From Bacteroidia bacterium (GTDB lineage: Bacteria > Bacteroidota > Bacteroidia > J057 > JANRLA01): a DNA stretch of 60,955 bases. Where the stretch lies: contig JANRLA010000031.1 of NCBI GenBank assembly GCA_033763015.1, forward strand, positions 1 to 60,955, written 5' to 3'. Position 1 is the first letter of the stretch. Each line of letters starts with the position of its first letter. The translations under genes and the position numbers were made by a program. Below the pieces are notes generated by a model. The model saw only the letters and a program-made list of their open reading frames with translations. It was not told the origin of the DNA and made no database searches. Below, one piece after another: positions 53,258-60,955 of this stretch.

Positions 53258-54044
53258 GGGCAGCGTGCGGGGCTTACTTGCAGTAGGGGTATGGCTCGGG
53301 TGGGCCGCAGGGCTCCTGGGCCAGACCTACCCCACGGCCACGGGCTTTGTCAACGACTTTGCAGGTCTACTCAAGCCCCAGGAGCGGCAGGCACTCGAGC
53401 AGACGCTGGCCAGCTTCCGGGCACAGACCAGCAACGAAATCGCAGTAGCCATCTTTAACGAGCTGCCCGAGGGCGCGGCTACAGCCCAGGAATACGCTAC
53501 CGAGCTGGCCAGCCGCTGGGGCATCGGCGGGGCCAAAAACCAGAACGGCATCCTCATTGCGCTGTTTGTCGCCCAGCGCCAGACCCGTATCGAGGTCGGT
53601 TACGGCCTCGAGGGGGCCATCCCCGATGCGCGGGCCAGCCAGATTTACCAAGACCTCATGCGGCCACAGTTTGCCACGGGGGCCTACTACGCCGGGCTGG
53701 TGGCTGGCACGGGCGCGCTGATGGCCGCCGCCCGCGGCGAGTACAACGCCCCAGCCCTGAAAAGCCCCCGCAGGCCCGCCCCCGCCAAACCGAATGTGGG
53801 GGTGGCGCTGTTCTTTGTCCTGCTGTTTCTGTTTATCGTCTGGCGCATTTCGCGCCAGAACCAGCGGCCTGGGGGTGGGGGTACCGGCGGCTATGGCGGC
53901 GGGGGTGGCTTCTTCATTTACGGGGGCGGCTACGGCGGCTACGGGGGTGGGGGCGGCTACTCAGGGGGCGGTGGCGGTGACAGTGGGTTTGGCGGCTTCG
54001 GGGGTGGCGACTTTGGCGGTGGCGGCTCGGGCGGCGACTGGTAG
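53238..54044 (+). CDS. TPM-domain (YgcG-like) membrane protein with a Gly-rich C-terminal tail
   Basis: Signal peptide, VNDFAGLLKPQE, EIAVAIF, GILIALFVAQRQTRIEVGYGLEG, a TM helix, then a GGYGGGGG low-complexity tail. It overlaps the previous gene by 20 nt. Confidence 0.8.
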   Translation: MRLSSGKGSVRGLLAVGVWLGWAAGLLGQTYPTATGFVNDFAGLLKPQERQALEQTLASFRAQTSNEIAVAIFNELPEGAATAQEYATELASRWGIGGAKNQNGILIALFVAQRQTRIEVGYGLEGAIPDARASQIYQDLMRPQFATGAYYAGLVAGTGALMAAARGEYNAPALKSPRRPAPAKPNVGVALFFVLLFLFIVWRISRQNQRPGGGGTGGYGGGGGFFIYGGGYGGYGGGGGYSGGGGGDSGFGGFGGGDFGGGGSGGDW

Positions 54045-54068
54045 CCCATCCTACCTTTACCCGTAGCC

Positions 54069-55280
54069 ATGACCCTCTACCTCTTCGAAGACCCCGGGGC
54101 CGCCGAGTTCTACCCCCTTACCCTTACCCGCCCGTTGTGGGACCTGCGCGTGGGCCTGCTCACGCTCCTCGAAAAGGCCCAGCACGATCTGCCCACCGGC
54201 GTCGTGGCCGCCCAGGGCCTGGCCAGTGGTTACCTCGCCCCGCTCTTCAACCAGTATGCCCCCGGCGCGTCGGCCGTGTTCCTCAACGCCGCCTACGCCC
54301 ACCACGCCAGCACCCGCACTGCTATCCTCTCGCAGCTACTGCCCGAACGCGAATGCGTACTCCTGGACGGTGAGCAGGTCGTGGCCTTCGCGACGGGGCA
54401 GCCCCTGCGGCTCGCGGGCCGCTTCCTGACCCCTGCGGCGCTGCCTGTGGGCTTACGGCCCCTGCTGTTTGGCGAGGATGCGCACAAGCCCCTGTCCCGC
54501 CTGTGGGACATCCTCGCCCTGCTCAAGCCCGCCATCGAGGCCGACTACCACACCCTCGTGCGGCCGTCTACCGCCAGTCTGCCTATCGCCGACCCCTACA
54601 CCCGCGCCTACAACCCCGCGCAGGTCTTTGTAGCGCCGGGGGTGCGCACCTACGCCGCGGTGCTCAACGCCGAGGGCGGGCCCATCTACCTGGGCCCCAA
54701 CGCCACGGTGGAGGAGGGGGCGCTCCTGCGCGGCCCCTGCGCGGTGCTGGCGGGCGCTACGGTGAGCATGGGCGCCAAGATTAGGCCCGGCACCGTGGTG
54801 GGCCCGCAGTGCAAGGTGGGCGGCGAGGTGAGCAACACCCTGTTCTGGGGGCAGAGCAACAAAGGCCACGATGGCTTTGTCGGCGATAGCCTAATTGGGC
54901 AGTGGTGCAACCTGGGCGCCGAGACCACCACCAGCAACCTGCGCAACACCTACGCCCCGGTGAGGCTCTACAGCCGGGTGCGCCACCACCTAGAGCCCAC
55001 GGGCCAGACCTTTCTGGGCCTAGTGATGGGCGACCACGCCAAGAGCGCCATCCACACCACGTTCAATACCGGCACGGTGGTGGGGGTAGGGGCCAACGTG
55101 GTGGCGACGGGCTTCCCGCCCAAGCAGGTGCCCGATTTTGCCTGGAACGCCGAGGGCACCGAGCGCTACGACTTCGAGGCCTTCTGCCAGACCGCCCAGC
55201 GCGTCATGGCCCGCCGCGACCACCCCTTCACCGATGCCCACCGGGCGCTGCTGCAGCACCTCTACCAACACCCCCAGTAG
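54069..55280 (+). CDS. GlmU-like putative sugar nucleotidyltransferase with a left-handed beta-helix
   Basis: Hexapeptide-repeat region (GPNATVEEGALLRGPCAVLAGATVSMGAKIRPGTVVGPQCKVGGEV). The N-terminus MTLYLFED resembles the Bacteroidota GlmU-family paralogue. Confidence 0.65.
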   Translation: MTLYLFEDPGAAEFYPLTLTRPLWDLRVGLLTLLEKAQHDLPTGVVAAQGLASGYLAPLFNQYAPGASAVFLNAAYAHHASTRTAILSQLLPERECVLLDGEQVVAFATGQPLRLAGRFLTPAALPVGLRPLLFGEDAHKPLSRLWDILALLKPAIEADYHTLVRPSTASLPIADPYTRAYNPAQVFVAPGVRTYAAVLNAEGGPIYLGPNATVEEGALLRGPCAVLAGATVSMGAKIRPGTVVGPQCKVGGEVSNTLFWGQSNKGHDGFVGDSLIGQWCNLGAETTTSNLRNTYAPVRLYSRVRHHLEPTGQTFLGLVMGDHAKSAIHTTFNTGTVVGVGANVVATGFPPKQVPDFAWNAEGTERYDFEAFCQTAQRVMARRDHPFTDAHRALLQHLYQHPQ

Positions 55281-55349
55281 CCGGGCTTACCACGACCGGT
55301 TCAAAAAGCCTGGTGCTGTGGGCAGGCCCCCGGGCCGTCCTTTGCAGGT

Positions 55350-55883
55350 ATGACTGCGTTACGTGGGTATTGGGTGGCTTTGCTGCTGCTACTGGCCTTG
55401 GCTGGCTATGCCCAGCGCAACCCCAAGCACGCCGATAGCGACAAGCGCCCCGGCACCGCCGCGCCCACCGCGCCCCCGGCCGTGCTGCGGCCCTACCTCA
55501 TGGCCCTGTTGGTGCGCAACGCCGATACCACCCAGGCATGGTACACCAGCCGCCTGGGCTTTGTGGCCGTAGACACGGTGGATGTGCCCGAAAGCCAGCT
55601 GCGCATCCGGTTTTTGGAGAAAGACGGCTACCGGCTCGAGCTCGTCGAGAACGCCACCACCATCCACCCCGACAGCGCCCTGCGGCTCGTGCCCCCGTAC
55701 AACGGCTTCTACGGCTACAGCAAGCTCTGCTTTGCCACGCCCGACCTCGACGCGCTCGACCGGCACCTGCGCGCCCTGGGCACCCGCTACTTCTTCTCGG
55801 TGCGCAAGGAAGAAGTGGGCGAAAACTCGTTTGTCATCGTCTACGACCCCGACGGTAACCTCGTACAGGTCGTAGAGGGGTAG
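55350..55883 (+). CDS. secreted VOC (glyoxalase/bleomycin-resistance-like) family protein
   Basis: Signal peptide, then beta-alpha-beta-beta-beta-like modules (LMALLVRNADTTQAWYTSRLGF ... VIVYDPDGNLVQVVE). Confidence 0.65.
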   Translation: MTALRGYWVALLLLLALAGYAQRNPKHADSDKRPGTAAPTAPPAVLRPYLMALLVRNADTTQAWYTSRLGFVAVDTVDVPESQLRIRFLEKDGYRLELVENATTIHPDSALRLVPPYNGFYGYSKLCFATPDLDALDRHLRALGTRYFFSVRKEEVGENSFVIVYDPDGNLVQVVEG

Positions 55884-56047
55884 GGGCATAGCCCAGCGGC
55901 CAAACGCCCGCGCGGGGTTTGCAGCCTGAGTAGCCTAGTTGACAGGCAGATAGCAGTCGGTTGCAGGGTTCGCCACCCCCGGCGGTGGTTTAGGGCCCTA
56001 TTTGCTGTAGCTTCGGGGTACATCAACCCACTGCCATCCCCACAGCC

Positions 56048-56764
56048 ATGCGACTTTTCTTCGCCACACTCTGCCTGCTGCTGCCCGCAGCCCTTACCGC
56101 CCAAACCTGCGACCTGTTCTACCCCCAAAAGCCCGGTACGGTGCTCACCTACGCTATGACCAACGGCAAGGGCAAACCCGAGGGCACCTTCAACCACACC
56201 ATCAAAGCCAAAGAGGGCGCGGTGTACACCATTTCTATTTCGGGCACCGACGACAAGGGCAAGCCCCTGCCGCCGTTCGAATACAAAGTGAAGTGCACCA
56301 GCGGCGAGTTTGAAATCGATATGCAGAGCATGATGGGCAGCCTCCGCCAGTCGGGTATGCCTGAGTCGATGACCCTCACGGCCGAGACCTCGTTCTTGCT
56401 CTACCCCGGCGAACTGGCCGTCGGCGCTACCCTGCCCGAAGGCACCATGACCACCACCCTGAGCCAGGACGGCCAGGCCATGGGTACCATGCGTCTGCGC
56501 ATCTACAACCGCCGGGTAACGGGCCAAGAAACCGTGACTACCCCAGCAGGCAGCTTTACCGCCTACGTGCTCGAAGAAGAAACCGAGGTGAAGACCGAAA
56601 TGCAGATCCCCGGCATGCCCGCCGGTGTGCCCATGCCCAACATCCCGCCCATTGTCTCAAAAACCACCACCTACATCAGCCGGGGTACGGGCATGGTGAA
56701 GAACATCAGCTACGACCGCAACGGCAAGCCCGAAATCACGACCGTGCTCTCGGCCATCAAGTAG
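56048..56764 (+). CDS. hypothetical secreted protein (238 aa)
   Basis: Signal peptide MRLFFATLCLLLPAALTAQ and beta-rich composition. No recognisable motif. Confidence 0.6.
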   Translation: MRLFFATLCLLLPAALTAQTCDLFYPQKPGTVLTYAMTNGKGKPEGTFNHTIKAKEGAVYTISISGTDDKGKPLPPFEYKVKCTSGEFEIDMQSMMGSLRQSGMPESMTLTAETSFLLYPGELAVGATLPEGTMTTTLSQDGQAMGTMRLRIYNRRVTGQETVTTPAGSFTAYVLEEETEVKTEMQIPGMPAGVPMPNIPPIVSKTTTYISRGTGMVKNISYDRNGKPEITTVLSAIK

Positions 56765-56766
56765 CG

Positions 56767-57303
56767 CTACTTCTTCTTGGCCTTTTTGAAGGCCGCCTTG
56801 TAACGGGCCTTGGCGGCTTTGAGGGCCGCTTCGGCGGCTGCGCGGTCGGCGTAGCCGGGCACGCGCACGGTTTTGCCTTCCAGGTCGGTGTACACTTCAA
56901 AGAAGTGGGCCAGCTCTTTCTTGAAGGCGCCGTTCAGGTCGTCGGGGCCCTGTAGGTCTTCGGCCTCGGGGTCGCGCAGGGGTACGGCAAGCAGTTTGTC
57001 GTCGGCACCTTCGTGGTCGGCCATTTTAAGCAGGCCAATGAGGCGGGTGGCGACGATGCAGCCCGGCAGCAGGCTCTCGTCGGTAACGACCAGGATGTCG
57101 AGCGGGTCGCCGTCTACGCTTAAGGTTTTGGGCACGATGCCGTAGTTCACCGGGTAGCGCACGGCCCCGTGCAGGATGCGCACCAGGCGCACCAGGCCCG
57201 TGTCTTTGTCGAGCTCGTACTTGGTGCGCATGCCCACCCCGATCTCGATGACCGCGAGCAGGTCTTTGGCGCTGCCGGGCTCCAGGTCGTGCCAGGGGTT
57301 CAT
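56767..57303 (-). CDS. ppa: inorganic pyrophosphatase (family I)
   Basis: YELDKDTG, YPVNYGIVP and DGDPLDILV motifs. Confidence 0.92.
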   Translation of the reverse strand: MNPWHDLEPGSAKDLLAVIEIGVGMRTKYELDKDTGLVRLVRILHGAVRYPVNYGIVPKTLSVDGDPLDILVVTDESLLPGCIVATRLIGLLKMADHEGADDKLLAVPLRDPEAEDLQGPDDLNGAFKKELAHFFEVYTDLEGKTVRVPGYADRAAAEAALKAAKARYKAAFKKAKKK

Positions 57304-57318
57304 GGGCGTGCGGGGGCG

Positions 57319-57777
57319 TTAAAAGGGCAGGTCGTCGGCGAAGCCCTCGTTGGGGTCTTCGTAGGGCGTGGCAGCGGGCGCAGTGGGGGTAGCGGGGGCC
57401 TTGGGCTTGTCGTAGGCGCCGTAGGCGGTTTCGGGGCCGCTGCTGGGCCGCTCGTCTTTGCCGCCCAAGAGCTCCAGGTTCTGCACCGTGAGCTCGAAGC
57501 TGGCCACGGTCTGGCCCTCTTTATTCTCGTAGGTGCGCACGCTGGGGCTGCCCTCTACGTACACCTGGCCGCCTTTGCGCAGGTACTGGGCCACGCCAAT
57601 GCGGTTTTCGTCGCGCCAGAGGCTACAGCGCACCCAGGTGGTGCGTTCCTGTTTCACGCCGCTGCGGTCGGTGTACTGCTCAGAGTGCGCCAGGTTGAAC
57701 GAAATGACCTTGCGGCCGGCGGCGTCGCGCACCTCGGCGTCGGCACCCAGGCGGCCTATCATCGTGAGTTTGAGCAT
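57319..57777 (-). CDS. ssb: single-stranded DNA-binding protein
   Basis: OB-fold N-terminus MLKLTMIGRLGADAEVR, a Pro/Ala-rich linker and the acidic tip DDLPF. ORF trimmed to the ATG at 57777. Confidence 0.92.
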   Translation of the reverse strand: MLKLTMIGRLGADAEVRDAAGRKVISFNLAHSEQYTDRSGVKQERTTWVRCSLWRDENRIGVAQYLRKGGQVYVEGSPSVRTYENKEGQTVASFELTVQNLELLGGKDERPSSGPETAYGAYDKPKAPATPTAPAATPYEDPNEGFADDLPF

Positions 57778-58057
57778 TGCGGTAGTAAGGTGGGGCCACA
57801 AGATACCAACGCACCGTATGGCCCCCACTATTTTTTGCATGCCCCGGTATACAGCCAGCCCCTTGCCTGCCGTTACTAGTGCCGTTGGTCTGCTGCGAGC
57901 TAGTATTTGCTTACAAATTCTGAGGCAGAAATACAATAAGTGGGTACAAGTTTTAGTTAGTACATCAGTTCCGGCCCACTTGCCAGTAACCGCCTGACAG
58001 GCAGCCGATTACGCCCCGCTTCTACCGCCCTTTCTACGCCTTTCCCCCCCTTGGTCG

Positions 58058-58924
58058 ATGAGACAGCTTAAAATCTCCAAGCAGATCACCAACCGCGAAT
58101 CGCAATCGCTCGACAAGTACCTGCAAGAAATTGGCAAGGTCGAGCTCCTGACGCCCGACGAGGAAGTAGACCTCGCCCGGCGCATTCGCGAAAACGACCA
58201 AACTGCCCTGGAGAAGCTGACCAAAGCCAACCTGCGCTTCGTCGTATCGGTAGCCAAACAGTACCAAAACCAGGGCCTCTCGCTCGGCGACCTCATCAAC
58301 GAGGGCAACCTGGGCCTGATCAAGGCCGCCAAACGCTTCGACGAGACCCGCGGCTTCAAGTTCATCTCCTACGCCGTGTGGTGGATCCGCCAGAGCATCC
58401 TGCAGGCATTGGCCGAGCAGAGCCGTATCGTGCGCCTGCCGCTCAATCGGGTAGGGGCCCTGAACAAGATCGGCAAGGCCTACAGCAAGCTGGAGCAAGA
58501 GTTTGAGCGCGAGCCAGCCCCCCACGAGATCGCCGAGGTCATCGAGGGCATGAGCAGCGCCGAGGTGTCAGACACCCTCAAAATTGCTGGCCGCCACATC
58601 TCGATGGACGCCCCCTTCGTGCAAGGCGAAGAAAACCGCCTGCTCGACGTGCTCGAAAACGACGAGGAGCCCAACCCCGACCAGGGCCTCATCAACGAGA
58701 GCCTGAGCCAGGAGGTAGAGCGTGCCCTGTGCACCCTGAGCCAGCGCGAGGCCGAGGTGGTCCGCCTGTACTTCGGCATCGGGGTAGAGCACAGCCTTAC
58801 GCTCGAAGAAATCGGCGAGAAGTTCGACCTGACCCGTGAGCGTGTGCGCCAAATCAAAGAAAAGGCCATCCGCCGCCTGCGCCACACCAGCCGAAGCAAA
58901 ATGCTCAAGGCCTACCTGGGCTAG
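58058..58924 (+). CDS. rpoD: RNA polymerase primary sigma factor (Bacteroidota SigA type)
   Basis: Regions 2-4 are present ([53 protein letters not shown]). The ~288-aa length is typical of Bacteroidota. Confidence 0.92.
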   Translation: MRQLKISKQITNRESQSLDKYLQEIGKVELLTPDEEVDLARRIRENDQTALEKLTKANLRFVVSVAKQYQNQGLSLGDLINEGNLGLIKAAKRFDETRGFKFISYAVWWIRQSILQALAEQSRIVRLPLNRVGALNKIGKAYSKLEQEFEREPAPHEIAEVIEGMSSAEVSDTLKIAGRHISMDAPFVQGEENRLLDVLENDEEPNPDQGLINESLSQEVERALCTLSQREAEVVRLYFGIGVEHSLTLEEIGEKFDLTRERVRQIKEKAIRRLRHTSRSKMLKAYLG

Positions 58925-58935
58925 CCGCGCAGCGG

Positions 58936-60528
58936 TTAAAGTTTGAAAAGGGCTACCCGTACCCAGTGAGGCAGCGCGGCTTTGGGGTCGCGCTGTTTCC
59001 GTTTGGGGCCCTCGCAACTGCTTGATAACGAGCGGATTGCAGAGAAGAGTGCGTTGACCCGACTGGTTCGAAAGTGCCCGGTTTCGCGGTCGTACGTAAC
59101 ACCTTCCGGGAAGACCAAGTACTGTAGGCTACGTTGCGCTGCGAAGGGCGCTGAAACCCACGTAGTGACCATGTCTTGGGCGATTTCGAGGGCTTTTGCC
59201 AGGGCCTCAGGTAGGTTCGATAGCACATCGGCGTGCGGTTCGAGTTCGGCCTTCAATTGGCCGATTTCTGCGGTGTAGCTGGCGCGGAATTTTTCGTACA
59301 GCGCCAGGGGTACCTGTTCCTCGATGAACCTCTCTTCCAGCCGATTGAGCTTACGGGTTAGCTCCTTGAGCCGTAGCTGCTGGCTGCGGTGGTCTTCGGC
59401 CTGTGCATGTGTCAGCTCTGCAACCACCTCTGGCAGCATGGCTTTGAGTGGCGCAACAAAGCGCGGCTGAAGGGTGTACTGCTCCAGCAGCTCGGCAAAC
59501 CGGGCATGGGCGGTTTCCATCCGTAGGTTCAGGGCATTGGCGCCGCTACCGGCCTTGTAGTAGTGAAGCCGCTTACGCTTGACCTCGTAGCCGGCAAACG
59601 AACTGCCCGTTCGGGCCTCTTTGGCGAACACGCGAAGGGGGTACAGATCGGGTTCAGCAGTGTGCCGCCACCCCTGGCGGTGGGTTTCAGTGGTCACCTC
59701 GTTCACGCGTTGGAAGACCTCGACCGGCACCAGTGGTGCATGGTTGCCCTTCACGACGCTGCCGCCCAGGCACCGGTGGCTCAGGTAGCCGCAGTAGAAA
59801 ACGTTCTTGAACGTTCGTCGGAGGCCCTCTTTGGTAAGCGGTAGCCCCAGTAGCTTCAGGCGCCGTACGATTTCTACGTTCGGGGTGCCCTCGTGGGCTT
59901 TCCAGTAGAAAGCCTTCTGAAGGATGCGGCCCTGGGCATTGATTTGGATGAGCTGCCTGCCGTTTTGCACAATCATGTCGTAGCCCAGCGGTGGCCGGGT
60001 CACCCACTCGCCCCGGAGGAGCTTGTCGCGGGTACCGGCGATGCACTTCTCGCGCCGCAGCTGGTTGTCGTATTCTGAGAACAGGAACTGGATGTTCTGC
60101 TGAAAACTGCCTGTTGGCGTGGCGGCATCGATGGGTTGCGAAACCGACTGCACCAGGATGCCCTGCTGCCGAAGTTCGTGCGTGATGTAAATGGCATTGG
60201 GGCCCGAGCGGCTAAAGCGGTCGACAGAGTACACGACAATGGTGGAGACTTTGCGCTTGCTGCGTTTGACAAAGTCAAGCATCCGCTTGAACTCTTTGCG
60301 TTCGTCGCTCTTGGCGCTTTCGTAGGTGCCACCGAAGTGGCCCAAAACGGTGAGCCCGTTTTTTTGAGCGAAGTCGTCGCAGGCCTTGAGCTGCGTGTTG
60401 AGGCTCATGTTGGTATCGGCCTGCTCTTTGGTCGACACGCGGGTGTAGATGACGCAGTTACCTGCCGACTGAGGTGCAGTTGCGGCGGCGGCTTTGGCAA
60501 AGGCTTGGAGGAACTTGGGCGCTGACAT
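58936..60528 (-). CDS. large serine recombinase (resolvase/invertase catalytic domain + recombinase domain + coiled-coil)
   Basis: VIYTRVSTKEQ (catalytic Ser), VVYSVDRFSRS, a central recombinase domain with YCGYLSHRC, and a C-terminal coiled coil (LRLKELTRKLNRLEERFIEE). Confidence 0.85.
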   Translation of the reverse strand: MSAPKFLQAFAKAAAATAPQSAGNCVIYTRVSTKEQADTNMSLNTQLKACDDFAQKNGLTVLGHFGGTYESAKSDERKEFKRMLDFVKRSKRKVSTIVVYSVDRFSRSGPNAIYITHELRQQGILVQSVSQPIDAATPTGSFQQNIQFLFSEYDNQLRREKCIAGTRDKLLRGEWVTRPPLGYDMIVQNGRQLIQINAQGRILQKAFYWKAHEGTPNVEIVRRLKLLGLPLTKEGLRRTFKNVFYCGYLSHRCLGGSVVKGNHAPLVPVEVFQRVNEVTTETHRQGWRHTAEPDLYPLRVFAKEARTGSSFAGYEVKRKRLHYYKAGSGANALNLRMETAHARFAELLEQYTLQPRFVAPLKAMLPEVVAELTHAQAEDHRSQQLRLKELTRKLNRLEERFIEEQVPLALYEKFRASYTAEIGQLKAELEPHADVLSNLPEALAKALEIAQDMVTTWVSAPFAAQRSLQYLVFPEGVTYDRETGHFRTSRVNALFSAIRSLSSSCEGPKRKQRDPKAALPHWVRVALFKL

Positions 60529-60612
60529 AGGGAGTAGCAAAGCTGAGGACGGAAGTTAACCCGCACGGCGGAAGGAAGACGGCATACCGAACGGAATACC
60601 GATAGTACACGA

Positions 60613-60649
60613 CGCCCCTAGGCCATCGGTTACCGATGGCCTTGGGGCG
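60613..60649. other. 17-bp imperfect inverted repeat (strong hairpin)
   Basis: CGCCCCTAGGCCATCGG-TTA-CCGATGGCCTTGGGGCG with one mismatch. It lies between the acidic ORF and the recombinase start. Confidence 0.5.
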
Positions 60650-60676
60650 GGACAGAGAGCAGGAAGGGTGCGACGG

Positions 60677-60919
60677 TTATTCGTCGTCGTCTTGATCTTC
60701 GTCGTCGGGGTCAACGAATTCGAAGGAGGCGATCAGGGCCCAGTCACTGTCGGGGTCGGTACGCCCGGAGAGGGTGGCGAACCCGTCTTCGGCTTCTTTG
60801 ATGTCTTCGACCAGCGCCCGGTAGGTGCTTCGGGCTTCTTTGAGGTGGTCGAAGACCTCACGGCTGGTGGGGGTTTCGACGAGAAACTGGCCGAAGTCGT
60901 CGGCTTGAAAGGTGGACAT
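60677..60919 (-). CDS. hypothetical small acidic protein (80 aa)
   Basis: MSTFQADDFGQF... ends in the highly acidic tail DPDDEDQDDDE. ORF trimmed to the ATG at 60919. Confidence 0.4.
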   Translation of the reverse strand: MSTFQADDFGQFLVETPTSREVFDHLKEARSTYRALVEDIKEAEDGFATLSGRTDPDSDWALIASFEFVDPDDEDQDDDE

Positions 60920-60955
60920 GGGGGTACGGGTTTGCCACAAATGACTAGGGGACGG

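Larger units (their letters stand above)
58936..60955. mobile_element. possible left end of an integrated element (boundary not demonstrable)
   Basis: The serine recombinase gene lies 11 nt from the rpoD stop and is followed by a small acidic ORF of unknown function. The rest would lie outside the window. Confidence 0.25.

Noticed and set aside
53870-54044. GGC/GGT-rich repetitive stretch
   Set aside because: It is the coding low-complexity Gly-rich tail of the YgcG-like TPM protein, not an independent repeat element.
58058-58924. Possibility that the serine-recombinase element has disrupted or replaced the 3' end of rpoD
   Set aside because: The rpoD ORF is full length, with an intact region 4.2 and the usual ...[17 protein letters not shown] terminus. 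No truncation is evident.

Overview
High-GC Bacteroidota-type chromosomal window, probably Cytophagia/Hymenobacteraceae-like. This is inferred from the ~288-aa SigA-type rpoD, the TAnnTTTG -7 boxes, the lack of Shine-Dalgarno sequences and the thrU-tyrU-glyT-thrT-tuf-trpT-secE-nusG layout. Most of the window is core genome: ffh, kdsA, aroQ, xerD, fabI, purB, ispE, the tuf/secE/nusG/rplKAJL/rpoBC block (33.7-47.2 kb), queG, ppa, ssb, rpoD and nine tRNAs. Many long ORFs in the six-frame track are antisense or out-of-frame artefacts of the high GC content and were not called. Five regions are not routine housekeeping. (1) At 26.7-31.0 kb, a CheR methyltransferase and a receiver-less CheB methylesterase have no MCP, CheA or CheW nearby. 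They are followed by a tandemly duplicated SiaB-like kinase / SiaC-like (DUF1987) partner-switch cassette and a tail-anchored coiled-coil protein. (2) At 49.8-52.1 kb, a stand-alone receiver precedes a REC-GAF-PP2C phosphatase that could be the missing SiaA-like partner. (3) At 8.2-9.3 kb there is a prokaryotic pentameric ligand-gated ion-channel homologue. (4) An orphan double-NBD ABC ATPase is coupled to ispE. (5) A large serine recombinase abuts the 3' end of rpoD at the right edge and may mark the start of an integrated element that continues outside the window. No CRISPR array, rRNA or clear transposon was seen. All family assignments come from motif recognition by eye and need HMM or BLAST confirmation.
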